From the NCBI GenBank assembly GCA_026397315.1, contig JAPLVC010000004.1, forward strand, positions 79,666 to 143,665: a stretch of 64,000 nucleotides of DNA. Direction: 5' to 3'. Shown one piece after another: positions 1-10,709 of this stretch. This DNA is from Candidatus Aenigmatarchaeota archaeon. GTDB lineage: Archaea > Aenigmatarchaeota > Aenigmatarchaeia > QMZP01 > QMZT01. The first letter of the stretch is position 1. Each line of letters begins with the position of its first letter. The notes under the pieces were generated by a model. The model made no database searches. It worked only from the letters and a program-made list of their open reading frames with translations, and was not told where the DNA came from. The translations under genes were made by a program, and so were the position numbers.

Positions 1-536
1 TCCGCAGAAAGCTCGCCTATGCCCCTGCCGACGATGTCCTTCACGGTCAGGTTTATTTTCTTAAGGCTGCCCTTGCTCGCGAGGATCTCGAGGTTGTTTA
101 TGTCCTCCTTGTTGAGAAGCAGTTTGAAAAGGCCTTTCAGCGTTCCGCCGCCAACGCCTGTTCCGCCGGCGTGCTTTATGACCTTGCCGCCTTCGGTGAC
201 CGCGACCATCGCCGTACCTGTTCCGATGCTCACGACGAAGCATCTTTTCTTGCCCGTCAGCACCATGCCGCCCAGCCCGATTGCCTTAATCTCCTCGACC
301 TTCCTGACAGGGATGCCCAGCAGCGAACTGTTGAGCTTGACGGCCCCGCCGCCAGTCGCGGCGACGGCCGTGATCCGGTCTATCTTCATCCTGTTCTCGG
401 TGATTATCTTGCCCAGGCAGCCAGACGCGGAAGCGACCGCGTCGCTCGCGTGTATGGCGGTGAAATTGCTGGTTTTGCCGTTTCTCAGAAGCACGCCCTG
501 CGTCGTCGAGCCGCCTATGTCTATGCCTATAATCAT
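1..536 (-). CDS. Type II (Fumble/CoaW-like) pantothenate kinase, 5' part; runs off the window edge
   Basis: Absent from the ORF track; translated by hand from ATG at 536: MIIGIDIGGSTT...AATGGGA...VEEIKAIGLGG...VVSIGTGT...GGTGVGGGTLKGL, the ASKHA/type II PanK motif order. Confidence 0.8.
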   Translation of the reverse strand, partial: MIIGIDIGGSTTQGVLLRNGKTSNFTAIHASDAVASASGCLGKIITENRMKIDRITAVAATGGGAVKLNSSLLGIPVRKVEEIKAIGLGGMVLTGKKRCFVVSIGTGTAMVAVTEGGKVIKHAGGTGVGGGTLKGLFKLLLNKEDINNLEILASKGSLKKINLTVKDIVGRGIGELSA

Positions 537-611
537 ATAGATAATTCAATGACTGGGATATAAAAACAGTTTTGAAAGCGCGGGCTCGCGCTTGATAATT
601 TTATCAATATT

Positions 612-746
612 CTACTTGCAGAAAGGGCATTGCCCCATGTTCCCAGAGCAGCTAACTGGTTTCTTCAGCTTGCCGCAGAAACTCTTCTTGCCCAGGAACC
701 ACTGGCAGGAGCTTTCTGCTCCCGGAAAGTCGTCAGCATCTACCAT
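612..746 (-). CDS. 44-aa Cys-rich small protein (possible zinc finger)
   Basis: Hand translation MVDADDFPGAESSCQWFLGKKSFCGKLKKPVSCSGNMGQCPFCK*; AT-rich TATA-like sequence upstream; hairpin AAGCGCG-GGCT-CGCGCTT downstream. Confidence 0.55.
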   Translation of the reverse strand: MVDADDFPGAESSCQWFLGKKSFCGKLKKPVSCSGNMGQCPFCK

Positions 747-918
747 GTTTAAACATTGGTATTCAATATTTAAAAGTTCACTACTCACAAGTTACTCATT
801 TATGAGTTGGTAAATGACGCCTGCCTGAGGGGGATGACCGCGTTGCTCGCGTGCATCGAAAGCTTTATATATTTAATCACTAATTAATAGTAACATAATG
901 TGTTTTGGAGGTATGCTT

Positions 919-1614
919 ATGAATGGCGAAATTCGCGAAATAGGCGGAATGAACGTTGTCATTGACCCGAGCGTAATTGATGCTGATGGAAAAATAGGCA
1001 TGTATACGACAGGCACGGCAGCAACCGGTCGTCTGATAAAAAACGTGAGAATAAGGCCGAAAAAAGTTTTCATCTCATCTCACGGCGATCTGGAAATACA
1101 AGACCAAAATCTCGGCACTAGGAAATTCAGAAAGCTTTTGAATTATTTGGGCCAAAACACGAATGGCTTTTCTGCATACGGAACGCATGATGGGGGAGAA
1201 ATGGTTTGTGAACTGCCCATGGAAGACAATAATACCGCTAAAATCAGGATATCCCTCGAGAACCTCGGAAAAAGGAGAAAGGGTCTTCCGGGCCTTTTTG
1301 GAATAAAGAGGACGTACGGCGATGTTCAGGTCTCTTCTGAGAAACCTTATTCGGCGCATATTAACAATAATCTCACAGGCAAACCGTTAGGAGAAGGCGG
1401 CGATTGGCCAGGCACGGGCAGAAGTACCACGGAAATTGATCCCGTCCTTTACATTTCCGAACATCCGGAGATAAGAAGGAGAAGGGAAACAGCACATGGC
1501 ATTGCAGATAATGGCTACAATGCTGTTGGCCAATATCTTCCCAAACCAAAGAGAAATGTGATGGGAGCCGTAACAAATTACGACATACTCTCAAATGGTT
1601 TCAGGGGCATTTAG
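919..1614 (+). CDS. Hypothetical protein (lower-GC orphan)
   Basis: Long ORF, GGAGGT 6 nt before ATG 919, TATA box near 864-873, T-rich tract after the stop. Confidence 0.7.
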   Translation: MNGEIREIGGMNVVIDPSVIDADGKIGMYTTGTAATGRLIKNVRIRPKKVFISSHGDLEIQDQNLGTRKFRKLLNYLGQNTNGFSAYGTHDGGEMVCELPMEDNNTAKIRISLENLGKRRKGLPGLFGIKRTYGDVQVSSEKPYSAHINNNLTGKPLGEGGDWPGTGRSTTEIDPVLYISEHPEIRRRRETAHGIADNGYNAVGQYLPKPKRNVMGAVTNYDILSNGFRGI

Positions 1615-1693
1615 GATTTTGCAGCCCCTCGTTTTCATTTTTCATTTCATCATTTTTATGACTCAGAAATGGCTTACGGAAATGCTAGTTAAA

Positions 1694-3289
1694 TCAGATT
1701 ATCGCGAATAAACCCAGCAGCGCCAGCACGACGCCGAGGAATCCCTCGCCTCCGATGAGTCCGGCTGCGATTAACTGGCCTTTCTCCGTCCATCCTTTCC
1801 TGTCGGCAACGTATCGCAGCACGCCGCCTGTGAATAATGGGAATGATAGTTCTATGGGCACATAAAGGCCGATGCCAAACGCTATGGGTGCGATGCCTTG
1901 TTTGAAGTAAAGCGAGGCCAGCGTAAGCAGTCCGCCCGCGATTATGCCGTATACCATGAACTCCGATATGCCGCCCGCAGCGACGATGGACGAAAGCGCG
2001 ACGGCCTGCGGCGCCGGGAGATTGACGCTACCCAGCTTATACATGTGGTCCAGCGCGACCAGCACTATGCCTATGACAATCCCTGATGAGAACACGCTTA
2101 TGATCTGCGCTTTTATCTGGTCCTTCGGATTCGTGCCTACCAGGTGGCCCGCCTTGAGATCCTGCATGAAGTCGCCCGCCATGCCTGCGGATATGCACAG
2201 TATCGCGGCCAGCACGACCGCGACTACCGGGTCGAGCTGCACGAACAAAAGGACGATTATGAGTATGGCCATCGCGAAGACTTCCATGGGGTCGATGTTT
2301 ATCTCGCCCGTTATCCTTGCGGCAATGTAGCTCACGAGGAACGCGCCGAAAATCGACACTATCGCTATCGCGACGTTAAGCCGCAGGGCGATGCTCAGCA
2401 GCACTGCAAAAGCGATGATGGCGACGAACCACCAGCGACTGCGCTTTTCCTTCTTCCACGCGCCCTTCAGCATGGGCACGAATGCAGGCAGGCCCTTGAG
2501 CAGGAAGTAGACGACGCTAGCGCCAATTATCACGCCGATGCCGAAAGGCTTCGTCACCGTCATCATCGCGGCTATTTTGTCGGCGAACATGCCTGACGCC
2601 ACGAGCGCGGGCACGAGCGCGAAATACGATACGAGCGCGCCGGCGAACCATATGGCCGTGAATTTGAGCCCGATCAAAAAGCCGCCTGAGAAAATCGCCA
2701 GGCTTATGCTCGCGCCGAAGGAGAAATATTTGGCAGCGGAAAGTTTCAGCGTGTCGAGGTTGAAGAACGAAGGAATCGCCTGGAAATAGTCGCGGACAAT
2801 CGTGAACAGCCCGGCTAGGCCGAAGAACGCGAACATTATTTTTGCCTGTTTGCCGCCTTTGTCCCCGGCTTCAAGGACTTTCGCCGTCGCCGCGCCGTCG
2901 GGATAGGGCAGTTTCAGCTTTACAATCATCTCCTCGCGCAGCGGTATGGTGAACAGCACGCCCAGAAGGCCGCCGACTATCGCGATGAACGTGACCTCTA
3001 AAATTGAGATGTCCAGGCCGAGCATCCATATGGCGGGCACGGTGAAAATTATGCCGGCCGCGAGCAGGCCGCCCGTCGATGCGGCGGTAGCAGCGACGTT
3101 GACCTCGTTCTTGTTTGTCTTGCCAAAAAGCTTTAACAAAGCGAACGACATTATGGTCGCGGTTATGATGGGCCAGTATACGCCTCCGACCTTCAGGCCA
3201 GCGTACGCCGAATACATGCACACGACAGCCGAGAGAACCACGCCGATAAGGACGGCTTTCCACGTGAATGCCGAATTCTCTTTTGCCAT
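1694..3289 (-). CDS. OPT/YSL-family oligopeptide transporter
   Basis: Many TM helices; motifs YAGLKVG, LPYPDGAATAKVL, GDFMQDLKAGHLVG, LPAPQA, FGIGLYVP, GLIGGEG. Confidence 0.9.
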   Translation of the reverse strand: MAKENSAFTWKAVLIGVVLSAVVCMYSAYAGLKVGGVYWPIITATIMSFALLKLFGKTNKNEVNVAATAASTGGLLAAGIIFTVPAIWMLGLDISILEVTFIAIVGGLLGVLFTIPLREEMIVKLKLPYPDGAATAKVLEAGDKGGKQAKIMFAFFGLAGLFTIVRDYFQAIPSFFNLDTLKLSAAKYFSFGASISLAIFSGGFLIGLKFTAIWFAGALVSYFALVPALVASGMFADKIAAMMTVTKPFGIGVIIGASVVYFLLKGLPAFVPMLKGAWKKEKRSRWWFVAIIAFAVLLSIALRLNVAIAIVSIFGAFLVSYIAARITGEINIDPMEVFAMAILIIVLLFVQLDPVVAVVLAAILCISAGMAGDFMQDLKAGHLVGTNPKDQIKAQIISVFSSGIVIGIVLVALDHMYKLGSVNLPAPQAVALSSIVAAGGISEFMVYGIIAGGLLTLASLYFKQGIAPIAFGIGLYVPIELSFPLFTGGVLRYVADRKGWTEKGQLIAAGLIGGEGFLGVVLALLGLFAII

Positions 3290-3410
3290 TAATTTTCAAA
3301 TTGCACAAGGTCGCTTATATAATGCGCTGTGACATTTACGCGATTTGTCGAATTTTCCGGGCGCAATGACAATATTTAAAACTTATTTTCAAGCTTTAAC
3401 TCGTGCAATC

Positions 3411-3770
3411 ATGTCAAAAAATTACATCGCCAAGACAGCCTTTTGCGCATGGCTTGGCCTGACAGCCCTCGCCAACACATCATGTAACAGCATGGAAAAT
3501 TTATACGATTCCCTTCTGGGAAGAACATCACAGACATTTTACAGGGATGTGAATGGCGATGGTGTGCCAGATAAGACTACGATTACAAGACAAAAAATTC
3601 TGGGAATTTTTTGGAAAAGTTATCCCGACAATCCCATTCCAAAAATCGGCGAAGAGATAAAAATCGAAACCCTGTACGGTACCAAAAACGGCAAAGGGCC
3701 TTATCTTCCGTGGGAGCAGTTCGACGAATACAAGAAAACCGGAAAGCTTCCGACCGGAACTCACGAATGA
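3411..3770 (+). CDS. Hypothetical secreted/lipoprotein with a DxNGDGxxD motif
   Basis: Hydrophobic N-terminus ending TSC; DVNGDGVPD; TATA-like ATTTAAA about 30 nt upstream. Confidence 0.6.
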   Translation: MSKNYIAKTAFCAWLGLTALANTSCNSMENLYDSLLGRTSQTFYRDVNGDGVPDKTTITRQKILGIFWKSYPDNPIPKIGEEIKIETLYGTKNGKGPYLPWEQFDEYKKTGKLPTGTHE

Positions 3771-3779
3771 AGATTGTGG

Positions 3780-4313
3780 CTATTTCTTTTCATGTTGCTT
3801 CTTCATGAAGAACTCGCACGCCGGGCATCCCAGCTCGCCCTGCTTGCAGTGCGGGCAGGCGATTTTTCCGTACACGATGGGATTTCCAGCGAACATTATT
3901 ATCAGCGGCCATATTGCAAGCCCTATGACAAACAGGCTGAAGTCAGGCCAGCTCGCGTATGTCAGATACGCGCCAGCCGCCAAAGCAATTATCGTGGGCA
4001 GCATGGTCGGGATGAAGTTTTTCGCAGTCAGCTTGTTCTCGTTGAACTTCCTCTTCTCGTCCTTCTTGAAAAAAACCTTCGCTAGTTTCCCCTTGCCGCA
4101 GACGCAGCGTTTGTCGTAGTAGTAGCAGCGCACGCATCCTCCTCTGAGCACCTGTATCTCGAGGAACGCCACGTATATGAAAAGCAGCAGCGAGAACAGC
4201 GGCAATATCATGTATGTCAGGTATAATCCGGCGGCGTATACGGAAAATGATGCGAAATAGTAAACGAGCATCATCCACACAGGATAGCTTTCAAACTTCT
4301 TGTCATTAGCCAT
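3780..4313 (-). CDS. Membrane protein with two Cys clusters
   Basis: About 4 TM segments; CVRCYYYDKRCVCG and CPHCKQGELGCPAC; start chosen at MANDKK after GAGGTG. Confidence 0.75.
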   Translation of the reverse strand: MANDKKFESYPVWMMLVYYFASFSVYAAGLYLTYMILPLFSLLLFIYVAFLEIQVLRGGCVRCYYYDKRCVCGKGKLAKVFFKKDEKRKFNENKLTAKNFIPTMLPTIIALAAGAYLTYASWPDFSLFVIGLAIWPLIIMFAGNPIVYGKIACPHCKQGELGCPACEFFMKKQHEKK

Positions 4314-4324
4314 AGCAAACCACC

Positions 4325-4594
4325 TCATTTTCTGAAGACTTTCTTCAACCACAATTTTTTGAAGAATGGAAGCGTCAGTGTCGACAGCATGAAAGCGACC
4401 GCTGGAACGATTGCGTTGAGCCAAGGATAAGGGATGGCGATGGCCTGCATGTAAAAGCCGATTGCCATGTAAGTGAATAAGACAAGAAGACCGCGTCGCG
4501 TATAACTAGTCTCCCATGCCTTGTCTGCCTCGACGCGCACATTTCTTTCCTCTATACTTATTATCCGTTCTTCGAGTTTGTCTGAATCTGCCAT
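4325..4594 (-). CDS. Small hypothetical membrane protein
   Basis: RNxRVExDKAWETSxTRR plus two TM segments; in an operon with glyA. Confidence 0.75.
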   Translation of the reverse strand: MADSDKLEERIISIEERNVRVEADKAWETSYTRRGLLVLFTYMAIGFYMQAIAIPYPWLNAIVPAVAFMLSTLTLPFFKKLWLKKVFRK

Positions 4595-4609
4595 TTACAT
4601 ATACCTCGT

Positions 4610-5848
4610 TCAGTAAACCGGGAAATGCCTGCAGAGTTCCTTTACCTCTTCCCTGACCTTCGCTAGCGCCATGTCGTCCTTGTGGTTGTTTATTGCCTTG
4701 TTGATGAGGTCTGCGACGTGCTTCATCTCGCCTTCCTTCATGCCGCGCGTCGTTATTGTCGGGGTTCCAAGACGGATGCCGCTCGGGTCGAATGGGGAGC
4801 GCGTGTCGTAAGGGACCGTGTTCTTGTTCACGGTTATGCCCGCCTTGTCGAGCGAGGTTTCCGCTTCTCCACCACTCAGGCCCTTTTGCGTCAGGTCAAT
4901 CAGTATTAGATGGTTGTCCGTGCCTCCAGATACGAGAGCGAAGCCGTGCGCCATTAGCGCGTCTGCTAGCGCCTTCGCGTTTTTGACAATTTGGTGGGCG
5001 TATTCCCTGAACTCGGGTTTCGCAGCCTCTCTGAACGCGACCGCTTTTGCCGCAATCGCGTGCTCGTGAGGACCGCCCTGCATGCCGGGGAAGACGGCCT
5101 TGTCAATATCTTTTGCGAAGCGCTCTTTGCACATAATTATAGCGCCTCGCGGGCCGCGCAGCGTCTTGTGCGTCGTCGTCGTGACGACGTCGGTGAACGG
5201 GAAAGGCGACGGGTGAACGCCTCCGACGATGAGCCCTGCGATGTGCGCGATGTCCGCCATCGATATCGCTCCGCATTCCTGCGCAATCTCGGCGAATGCT
5301 TTGAAATCGATTTTCCGAGGATAAGCCGTAGCTCCGGACAAAAGGATTTTCGGTTTTTCCTGAAGAGCAATTTTTCTCACTTCATCATAATCTATGAGAT
5401 GCGTCTTGGGGTCGACGCCGTACTGCGCGATCTTGTAGGCGCGGCCTGAAAAATTGACCTTGTGGCCGTGCGTGAGGTGGCCGCCCTGCGACAGGTTCAT
5501 GCCCATCAGCGTGTCGCCGAAATTCATCAGGGCGAAGTAGACTTCGATGTTCGCCGGCGAACCGGAATACGGCTGGACATTCACGTGCTCGCAGCCGAAC
5601 AGCTTCTTCGCGCGTTCTATCGCTATATTTTCGACAATATCGATAAACTCGTTGCCGCCGTAATAACGTCTCCCGGGATAGCCTTCGGCATACTTGTTGT
5701 TGAAGACCGAGCCCAGCGCCTGGAGGACGGCCCTGCTGGGAAAGTTCTCGGAAGGAATCAGTTCGAGACCCTCGTTTATCCTTTTCGTCTCCTGTTCGCC
5801 GAGGCCGAAAATCTCCGGGTCAGCATCCTTCAGATTGTCCTTCCACAT
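4610..5848 (-). CDS. glyA: Serine hydroxymethyltransferase (bacterial/THF type)
   Basis: [40 protein letters not shown] (PLP lysine), SGIRLGTP. Confidence 0.97.
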   Translation of the reverse strand: MWKDNLKDADPEIFGLGEQETKRINEGLELIPSENFPSRAVLQALGSVFNNKYAEGYPGRRYYGGNEFIDIVENIAIERAKKLFGCEHVNVQPYSGSPANIEVYFALMNFGDTLMGMNLSQGGHLTHGHKVNFSGRAYKIAQYGVDPKTHLIDYDEVRKIALQEKPKILLSGATAYPRKIDFKAFAEIAQECGAISMADIAHIAGLIVGGVHPSPFPFTDVVTTTTHKTLRGPRGAIIMCKERFAKDIDKAVFPGMQGGPHEHAIAAKAVAFREAAKPEFREYAHQIVKNAKALADALMAHGFALVSGGTDNHLILIDLTQKGLSGGEAETSLDKAGITVNKNTVPYDTRSPFDPSGIRLGTPTITTRGMKEGEMKHVADLINKAINNHKDDMALAKVREEVKELCRHFPVY

Positions 5849-5879
5849 AAAATCACCATTCCCATTGCATGCGCTAGCT

Positions 5880-7403
5880 CTATCTCGACGGCCCTTCGTC
5901 CATGTCGACCTTTATGTATTTCGCCAGCATCGGATGCACGCGCTTCACTTCCTTGTAAAGCTCCCACGCCACGCGCCTGTATGAGATATGCCCTTCCTTG
6001 GACGAGCGCAACTTGATGAAATGGTAAAGCTCGCGCAGGTTCCACGTGAACAGAGTTCTCTTTCGGAATGCGAGCGGCACGACGTATTGCGCCTCGTGGG
6101 GGAAGCGCTCCGCAATCTTCTCGTAGGCCTGCTTCGCGTGCTCCATGGCAGCGCGGAACTGCTTTTCGAAGCCCGCGTCGATTATTTCCTGGGGAATGTC
6201 ATAGCCGTTCGCCGTCGTCAGCGACTGATTGGTTTGCGTGCATATCCTGTGTCGCTGGATGTCGCGGAACGCGCCGTAATCGACGAGTATGTCGAAAGTG
6301 TAGTAAGCATGCTCCAGTTCGCGCAGAGGCGAGTCATGCCTTCCCATGCGTTTCATGGACTCGTCGAATACCCGTTCCTTTTCAGCGGCGTCCATTTTCT
6401 TGACCCGCTTCAGCACGTACGCGTAAGGCTCGTGCGAATATTTGTAAATCATGGAGGCGATGATTTTGTTCTCCGCGTCCTGGTCGTATTCGACCAGCGT
6501 CACGCTTTTCTGGTCGTGCGTTTCGTCGCTTTTGCCGTGCCCGCTCACAAGCTCTTCCATGGACCTGTCGGTCTCGCGGATGTAATGGTTCGCGTCCGCG
6601 TATTTGATAAGCGTGGGAATTATTTTAAGCACTTCGGATTTCATGTCCGTGCCGATTTTGTTCATCTCGGACAGCGGATGGGACATGAGTTTAGTCAGCA
6701 TGCGCTCCAGCGTGCGCGCGTTGACAGTGATGGACATGTTGGTGAGAGTCGATGCAGGAAGGACGTAGCGCACTGCGTCGCACGCCCTTGCTTTCGTGAT
6801 GCCCTCATACTGTTTCTCGTTCATTCCCATCGGTCGCGGGAAGCGCTGTTCCATATGTTTCAGCATGTGCGGCATTATTTCCAGGTAAGTATCAAACAGC
6901 GAGCTGCACGTTTTCGAGTATAGCTCGGCGAATTCCGATTCCATGAGATTCGCCGGCTTGTAGAACTTGTCGCGGTCGAATATCTGGTAGCGGGTCGATT
7001 TCTCCGTGTAGGAAGCGAGTCTTGAATCTTCGATTGCTTTCGTCGCGAGTATCGAAACGTTCTCGGCAGCGATGCTCGCTATCGCGTGCTCAGCTACGGA
7101 CGAATGGCCGTAGCCCACGACCCACTGCTCGTGGAACTTGCGCGCCTTCTCCTTAGCCTGCGCATAGTCTATGCCTTTTTCGGAATAGACATTCACGACC
7201 TCGCCCATGTCGATGTCCTTGCTCTTTATCAGTTTCAGCAGGTTGTCGCGGAAGCTCGCCGGGCTGCGCGACACGTAAGCGAAAAGCACGGCGACGACCT
7301 CGGGCGGGAGGTTATATATTACATAGATATCCTTGTCTATGCTTGTCACATGGTTGTTCAGAATCGCCTCGTCTTCCTTTGAAAAATTTGATTTGCCTTC
7401 CAT
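5880..7403 (-). CDS. thyX: FAD-dependent thymidylate synthase, tandem two-domain form
   Basis: [16 protein letters not shown], second-domain FRDIQRHR and [13 protein letters not shown]; adjacent to glyA. Confidence 0.9.
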   Translation of the reverse strand: MEGKSNFSKEDEAILNNHVTSIDKDIYVIYNLPPEVVAVLFAYVSRSPASFRDNLLKLIKSKDIDMGEVVNVYSEKGIDYAQAKEKARKFHEQWVVGYGHSSVAEHAIASIAAENVSILATKAIEDSRLASYTEKSTRYQIFDRDKFYKPANLMESEFAELYSKTCSSLFDTYLEIMPHMLKHMEQRFPRPMGMNEKQYEGITKARACDAVRYVLPASTLTNMSITVNARTLERMLTKLMSHPLSEMNKIGTDMKSEVLKIIPTLIKYADANHYIRETDRSMEELVSGHGKSDETHDQKSVTLVEYDQDAENKIIASMIYKYSHEPYAYVLKRVKKMDAAEKERVFDESMKRMGRHDSPLRELEHAYYTFDILVDYGAFRDIQRHRICTQTNQSLTTANGYDIPQEIIDAGFEKQFRAAMEHAKQAYEKIAERFPHEAQYVVPLAFRKRTLFTWNLRELYHFIKLRSSKEGHISYRRVAWELYKEVKRVHPMLAKYIKVDMDEGPSR

Positions 7404-7531
7404 TCTGCAAAACCCCTGCCAAACCCCGATGAAAAGATTATCCGTTCAAATTTTATAAGCGTTTTCGCTAGCTGTGCCGTTACCAGTGACAAGTAAGTAA
7501 TTTAAAATTAACAAATAAGATATGACTGATT

Positions 7532-7894
7532 ATGTACGAGGCAGCCAGCAGTAGTTCGCTAGACGATATCACATTAAAGAAAGGTTTCATGCAATTTCTG
7601 AAGGACAAAATAGGCAACATTGAAGATATGGGAAACGGAAGAACATACCCTGCACCTATTTTGCAGACTGAACATTTTAAAGTCCATTACAAATGCAACG
7701 TCGAAAAAGGAGAAGTCGAAGAATGCGTCAGGCAAATACTGGACATGACGGGCGGCTGGCGGCCGGCGGATGCGGAGGAAAATGCGAGATTAGATGCGAT
7801 GACATTCTTCAGCCCGGACGGCAAAAAAAGAAAAACAGTCGAGATAGAACATTACGATGACGAAACTTACATTGCCGTCTTTGATATGCAGTAA
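7532..7894 (+). CDS. Hypothetical protein
   Basis: 120-aa ORF with upstream TTTAAAA; no recognised motif. Confidence 0.6.
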   Translation: MYEAASSSSLDDITLKKGFMQFLKDKIGNIEDMGNGRTYPAPILQTEHFKVHYKCNVEKGEVEECVRQILDMTGGWRPADAEENARLDAMTFFSPDGKKRKTVEIEHYDDETYIAVFDMQ

Positions 7895-7942
7895 GACCTG
7901 AAAATAATTTAAGCATGGATGCTTATTCTTTATCGTGGTTGC

Positions 7943-8866
7943 ATGGATTCTTACGAAGTCATAATCATCGGCCTCGGCCCAGCAGGCTGCACCGCGGGCA
8001 TTTACGCCACGCGTTTCGGACTGAAAACTCTTGTCATCGGAAAAGAGCCGGGCGGACAGGCGAACGAAGCTCACAAGATCGACAACTACCCGGGCATGCT
8101 GGGGGTGAAGGGCGCGGATATAATGAGCAAGTTCCGCGAGCATGCCAAGGCACTGGGCGTGGAGATTATTTATACCGAGGTCGTGGACATAAAGAAGAAA
8201 AGCGACGGCTTCATTGTAAAGACGGAGAGCGGAGAATACGAGGCGAAATCGGTCATAATAGCGACCGGCAAGAAGCGCAGGCAGGACATTCCCGGCGAGA
8301 ACGAGCTGCGCGGACGAGGGGTTTCTAACTGCGCCACGTGCGACGCGCCTTTCTTCAAGAACAAGGTCGTGTGTGTAATCGGCGGCAGCAACTCGGCAGT
8401 CATGTCTGCGCTCATGCTGGCCGAGCACGCCAAGAAAACATACCTTACTTACAGGAAAGGCAAGGATGACATGCGCGCCATGCCGACATGGGTGACGTCG
8501 GCGGAGACGAACCCCAAGATAGAGATGATATTCAACGCGATTCCGAAAAGGATAGAAGGCAAAGAATTTGTCCAGGCTATACTCTTCGACAAGGAAGGCA
8601 AGGAATTCAGCCTGAAAGTCGACGGAGTTTTCGTCGAGAATGGTGCTATACCGCAGACTGAGCTTGCGCTCAAGCTTGGCGTCGCAGTCGAAGAAAAGAG
8701 CGGCAAGATAAAAGTCGGGCCCGACATGGTGACGAACGTCAAAGGCGTGTTCGCAGCGGGAGACGTGACCAACGGATCGGCGGACTTCGAGCAGATAATA
8801 ATCGCCGCCGCCGAGGGAGCGAATGCAGCGAGATCGGCTTACAAATACGTCAGGAAGCGCGACTGA
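7943..8866 (+). CDS. trxB: Thioredoxin reductase
   Basis: IIIGLGPAG, GRGVSNCATCD, IGGSNSA, GVFAAGDV. Confidence 0.92.
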   Translation: MDSYEVIIIGLGPAGCTAGIYATRFGLKTLVIGKEPGGQANEAHKIDNYPGMLGVKGADIMSKFREHAKALGVEIIYTEVVDIKKKSDGFIVKTESGEYEAKSVIIATGKKRRQDIPGENELRGRGVSNCATCDAPFFKNKVVCVIGGSNSAVMSALMLAEHAKKTYLTYRKGKDDMRAMPTWVTSAETNPKIEMIFNAIPKRIEGKEFVQAILFDKEGKEFSLKVDGVFVENGAIPQTELALKLGVAVEEKSGKIKVGPDMVTNVKGVFAAGDVTNGSADFEQIIIAAAEGANAARSAYKYVRKRD

Positions 8867-8909
8867 TTCCGGAGGCCAGGAGTGAGCAAAGCGAACGACG
8901 ATGGCTCCC

Positions 8910-8942
8910 TTTTCGCTTAAGCCTTTGTGAAAAAGGCTTACA
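8910..8942. repeat. Dispersed REP-like hairpin repeat, copy 1 (possible terminator)
   Basis: TTTTCGCTTAAGCCTTTGTGAAAAAGGCTTACA resembles the reverse complement of 59242-59276. Confidence 0.55.
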
Positions 8943-9016
8943 AAACTCTAATAAATCTTAATTGTAAATAAAATACTACATTTATTTTCAAACTGAAAAA
9001 TCGGGTGGGTGGTTGT

Positions 9017-10264
9017 ATGGTGGAAAAGGTTGATCCTTTCGAGTCTGCGCAGAAGCAGCTCAAGAAGGCGATAAACGTCCTGAAGATGGGCGACGATGTT
9101 TATGAAGTTCTTAAAAATGTCGCTGAATATCTTGAGGTTTCAATTCCTGTTAGGATGGACAACGGGAAGATTCGCGTTTTCAAAGGCTACCGTGCGCATC
9201 ACAACAACATGCGCGGTCCCTACAAGGGCGGCATACGCTTTCACCCCGATGTCAACATAAGCGAGGTCAAGGCTCTCGCGTCCTGGATGACTTGGAAATG
9301 TTCCGTCGTCGGGATTCCGTACGGCGGAGCGAAGGGCGGCGTCGTGTGCAACCCGAAGGAAATGAGTGAAGGCGAACTCGAACGGCTTTCTCGCGGATAC
9401 ATACGCGCGGTCGGCGATTTCATCGGCCCGAAGAAAGACATACCAGCGCCAGACGTCTACACGACGCCCAAGATAATGGCGTGGATGATGGACGAGTTCT
9501 CGAAAAGGAAGGGTTATAACGCGCCCGGCGTGATAACGGGCAAGCCAGTGGATGCGTTCGGTTCCGAGGGACGCGACGAAGCGACGGGCTTAGGCCTCTA
9601 CGTCATCACCAGGGAGCTGCTCAAACACCTCAAGCTTGACCCGAAGAAAATGACGGCCGTGATACAGGGTTACGGAAATCTCGGCCATGTGGTCGCGGAC
9701 AGGTATGACAAGATGGGAATAAGGGTCATCGCCGCTTCGGATTCGAAAGGCGGCATATACAATCCCGATGGCCTCAGGCCGGCTGACATAATGACCCAGA
9801 AGGACAAGACCGGTAGCGTCGTGGGCCTTAGGGGCACGAAGCAGATAACCAACGATGAGTTGTTCAGCCTGAAGTGCGACATCCTCACGCCATGCGCTCT
9901 CGAGAATGTTATAACGAAAGAGAACGCGCCCAAGATACAGGCGAAGTTAATCATCGAAGGCGCGAATGGCCCGACGACGCCGGAAGCGGACGAGATTCTT
10001 TTCAAGAGGGGCGTGACGCTCGTGCCGGACATACTCGCGAATGCGGGCGGCGTGACCGTGTCGTATTTCGAATGGGTCCAGAACAACATGAACTATTACT
10101 GGCCGAAGGAAGAGGTCAACGAAAAGCTCGACAGGATAATGACCAAAGCCTTCCGCGGCGTCGCTGAGATCATGGGCAAATACAAGGTCGACATGAGAAC
10201 CGCTGCATACATGCAGTCCGTAAAGCGCGTTGCAGAGGCTATGAAACTCAGGGGCTTCGGGTAG
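9017..10264 (+). CDS. gdhA: Glutamate dehydrogenase
   Basis: GPYKGGIRFHP, GGAKGG, DIPAPDV, IEGANGP, PDILANAGGVTVSYFEWVQN. Confidence 0.96.
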   Translation: MVEKVDPFESAQKQLKKAINVLKMGDDVYEVLKNVAEYLEVSIPVRMDNGKIRVFKGYRAHHNNMRGPYKGGIRFHPDVNISEVKALASWMTWKCSVVGIPYGGAKGGVVCNPKEMSEGELERLSRGYIRAVGDFIGPKKDIPAPDVYTTPKIMAWMMDEFSKRKGYNAPGVITGKPVDAFGSEGRDEATGLGLYVITRELLKHLKLDPKKMTAVIQGYGNLGHVVADRYDKMGIRVIAASDSKGGIYNPDGLRPADIMTQKDKTGSVVGLRGTKQITNDELFSLKCDILTPCALENVITKENAPKIQAKLIIEGANGPTTPEADEILFKRGVTLVPDILANAGGVTVSYFEWVQNNMNYYWPKEEVNEKLDRIMTKAFRGVAEIMGKYKVDMRTAAYMQSVKRVAEAMKLRGFG

Positions 10265-10272
10265 GTGCTGAG

Positions 10273-10599
10273 ATGACAGCAGTAGTGGCAGAACTTAGCG
10301 ATTCGAATTTCAACGATTTCGTTGCGAAGCACAAGGTCGCGCTGGTGGATTTTTACGCCGACTGGTGCGGCCCGTGCCAGGCCATGAAACCGGTCATCGA
10401 CGAGCTAGCCGGCGAGATGAAAGGCAAAGTCTCTTTTGCGAAAGCGAACATGGACAAGGCCGGCGCTACTGCGAACAAATACGGCATCATGTCCATACCC
10501 ACGCTGCTCATATTCAAAAACGGCAAGATGATGGACAGGCTCGTCGGAGCGTTCCCGAAGGACATGATAAAGCAGAGACTCGCCAAAATGGTCGAGTGA
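10273..10599 (+). CDS. trxA: Thioredoxin
   Basis: DFYADWCGPC and IMSIPTL. Confidence 0.96.
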   Translation: MTAVVAELSDSNFNDFVAKHKVALVDFYADWCGPCQAMKPVIDELAGEMKGKVSFAKANMDKAGATANKYGIMSIPTLLIFKNGKMMDRLVGAFPKDMIKQRLAKMVE

Positions 10600-10709
10600 A
10601 AGAGTGATAACCGGCGACATCAGGAAACGGATAGCAGAAAACGTTTAAACATTACGCGGGTTACGCAACTTCTGAAAGCATAAATAGTTAAATAATAATT
10701 AAATATAAC

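Noticed and set aside
19-540. Plus-strand ORFs at the window start
   Set aside because: Antisense shadows of the minus-strand pantothenate kinase gene.
812-860. Possible C/D-box sRNA (ATGAC...CTGA...ATGAC)
   Set aside because: Boxes are non-consensus and spacing is wrong; insufficient support.
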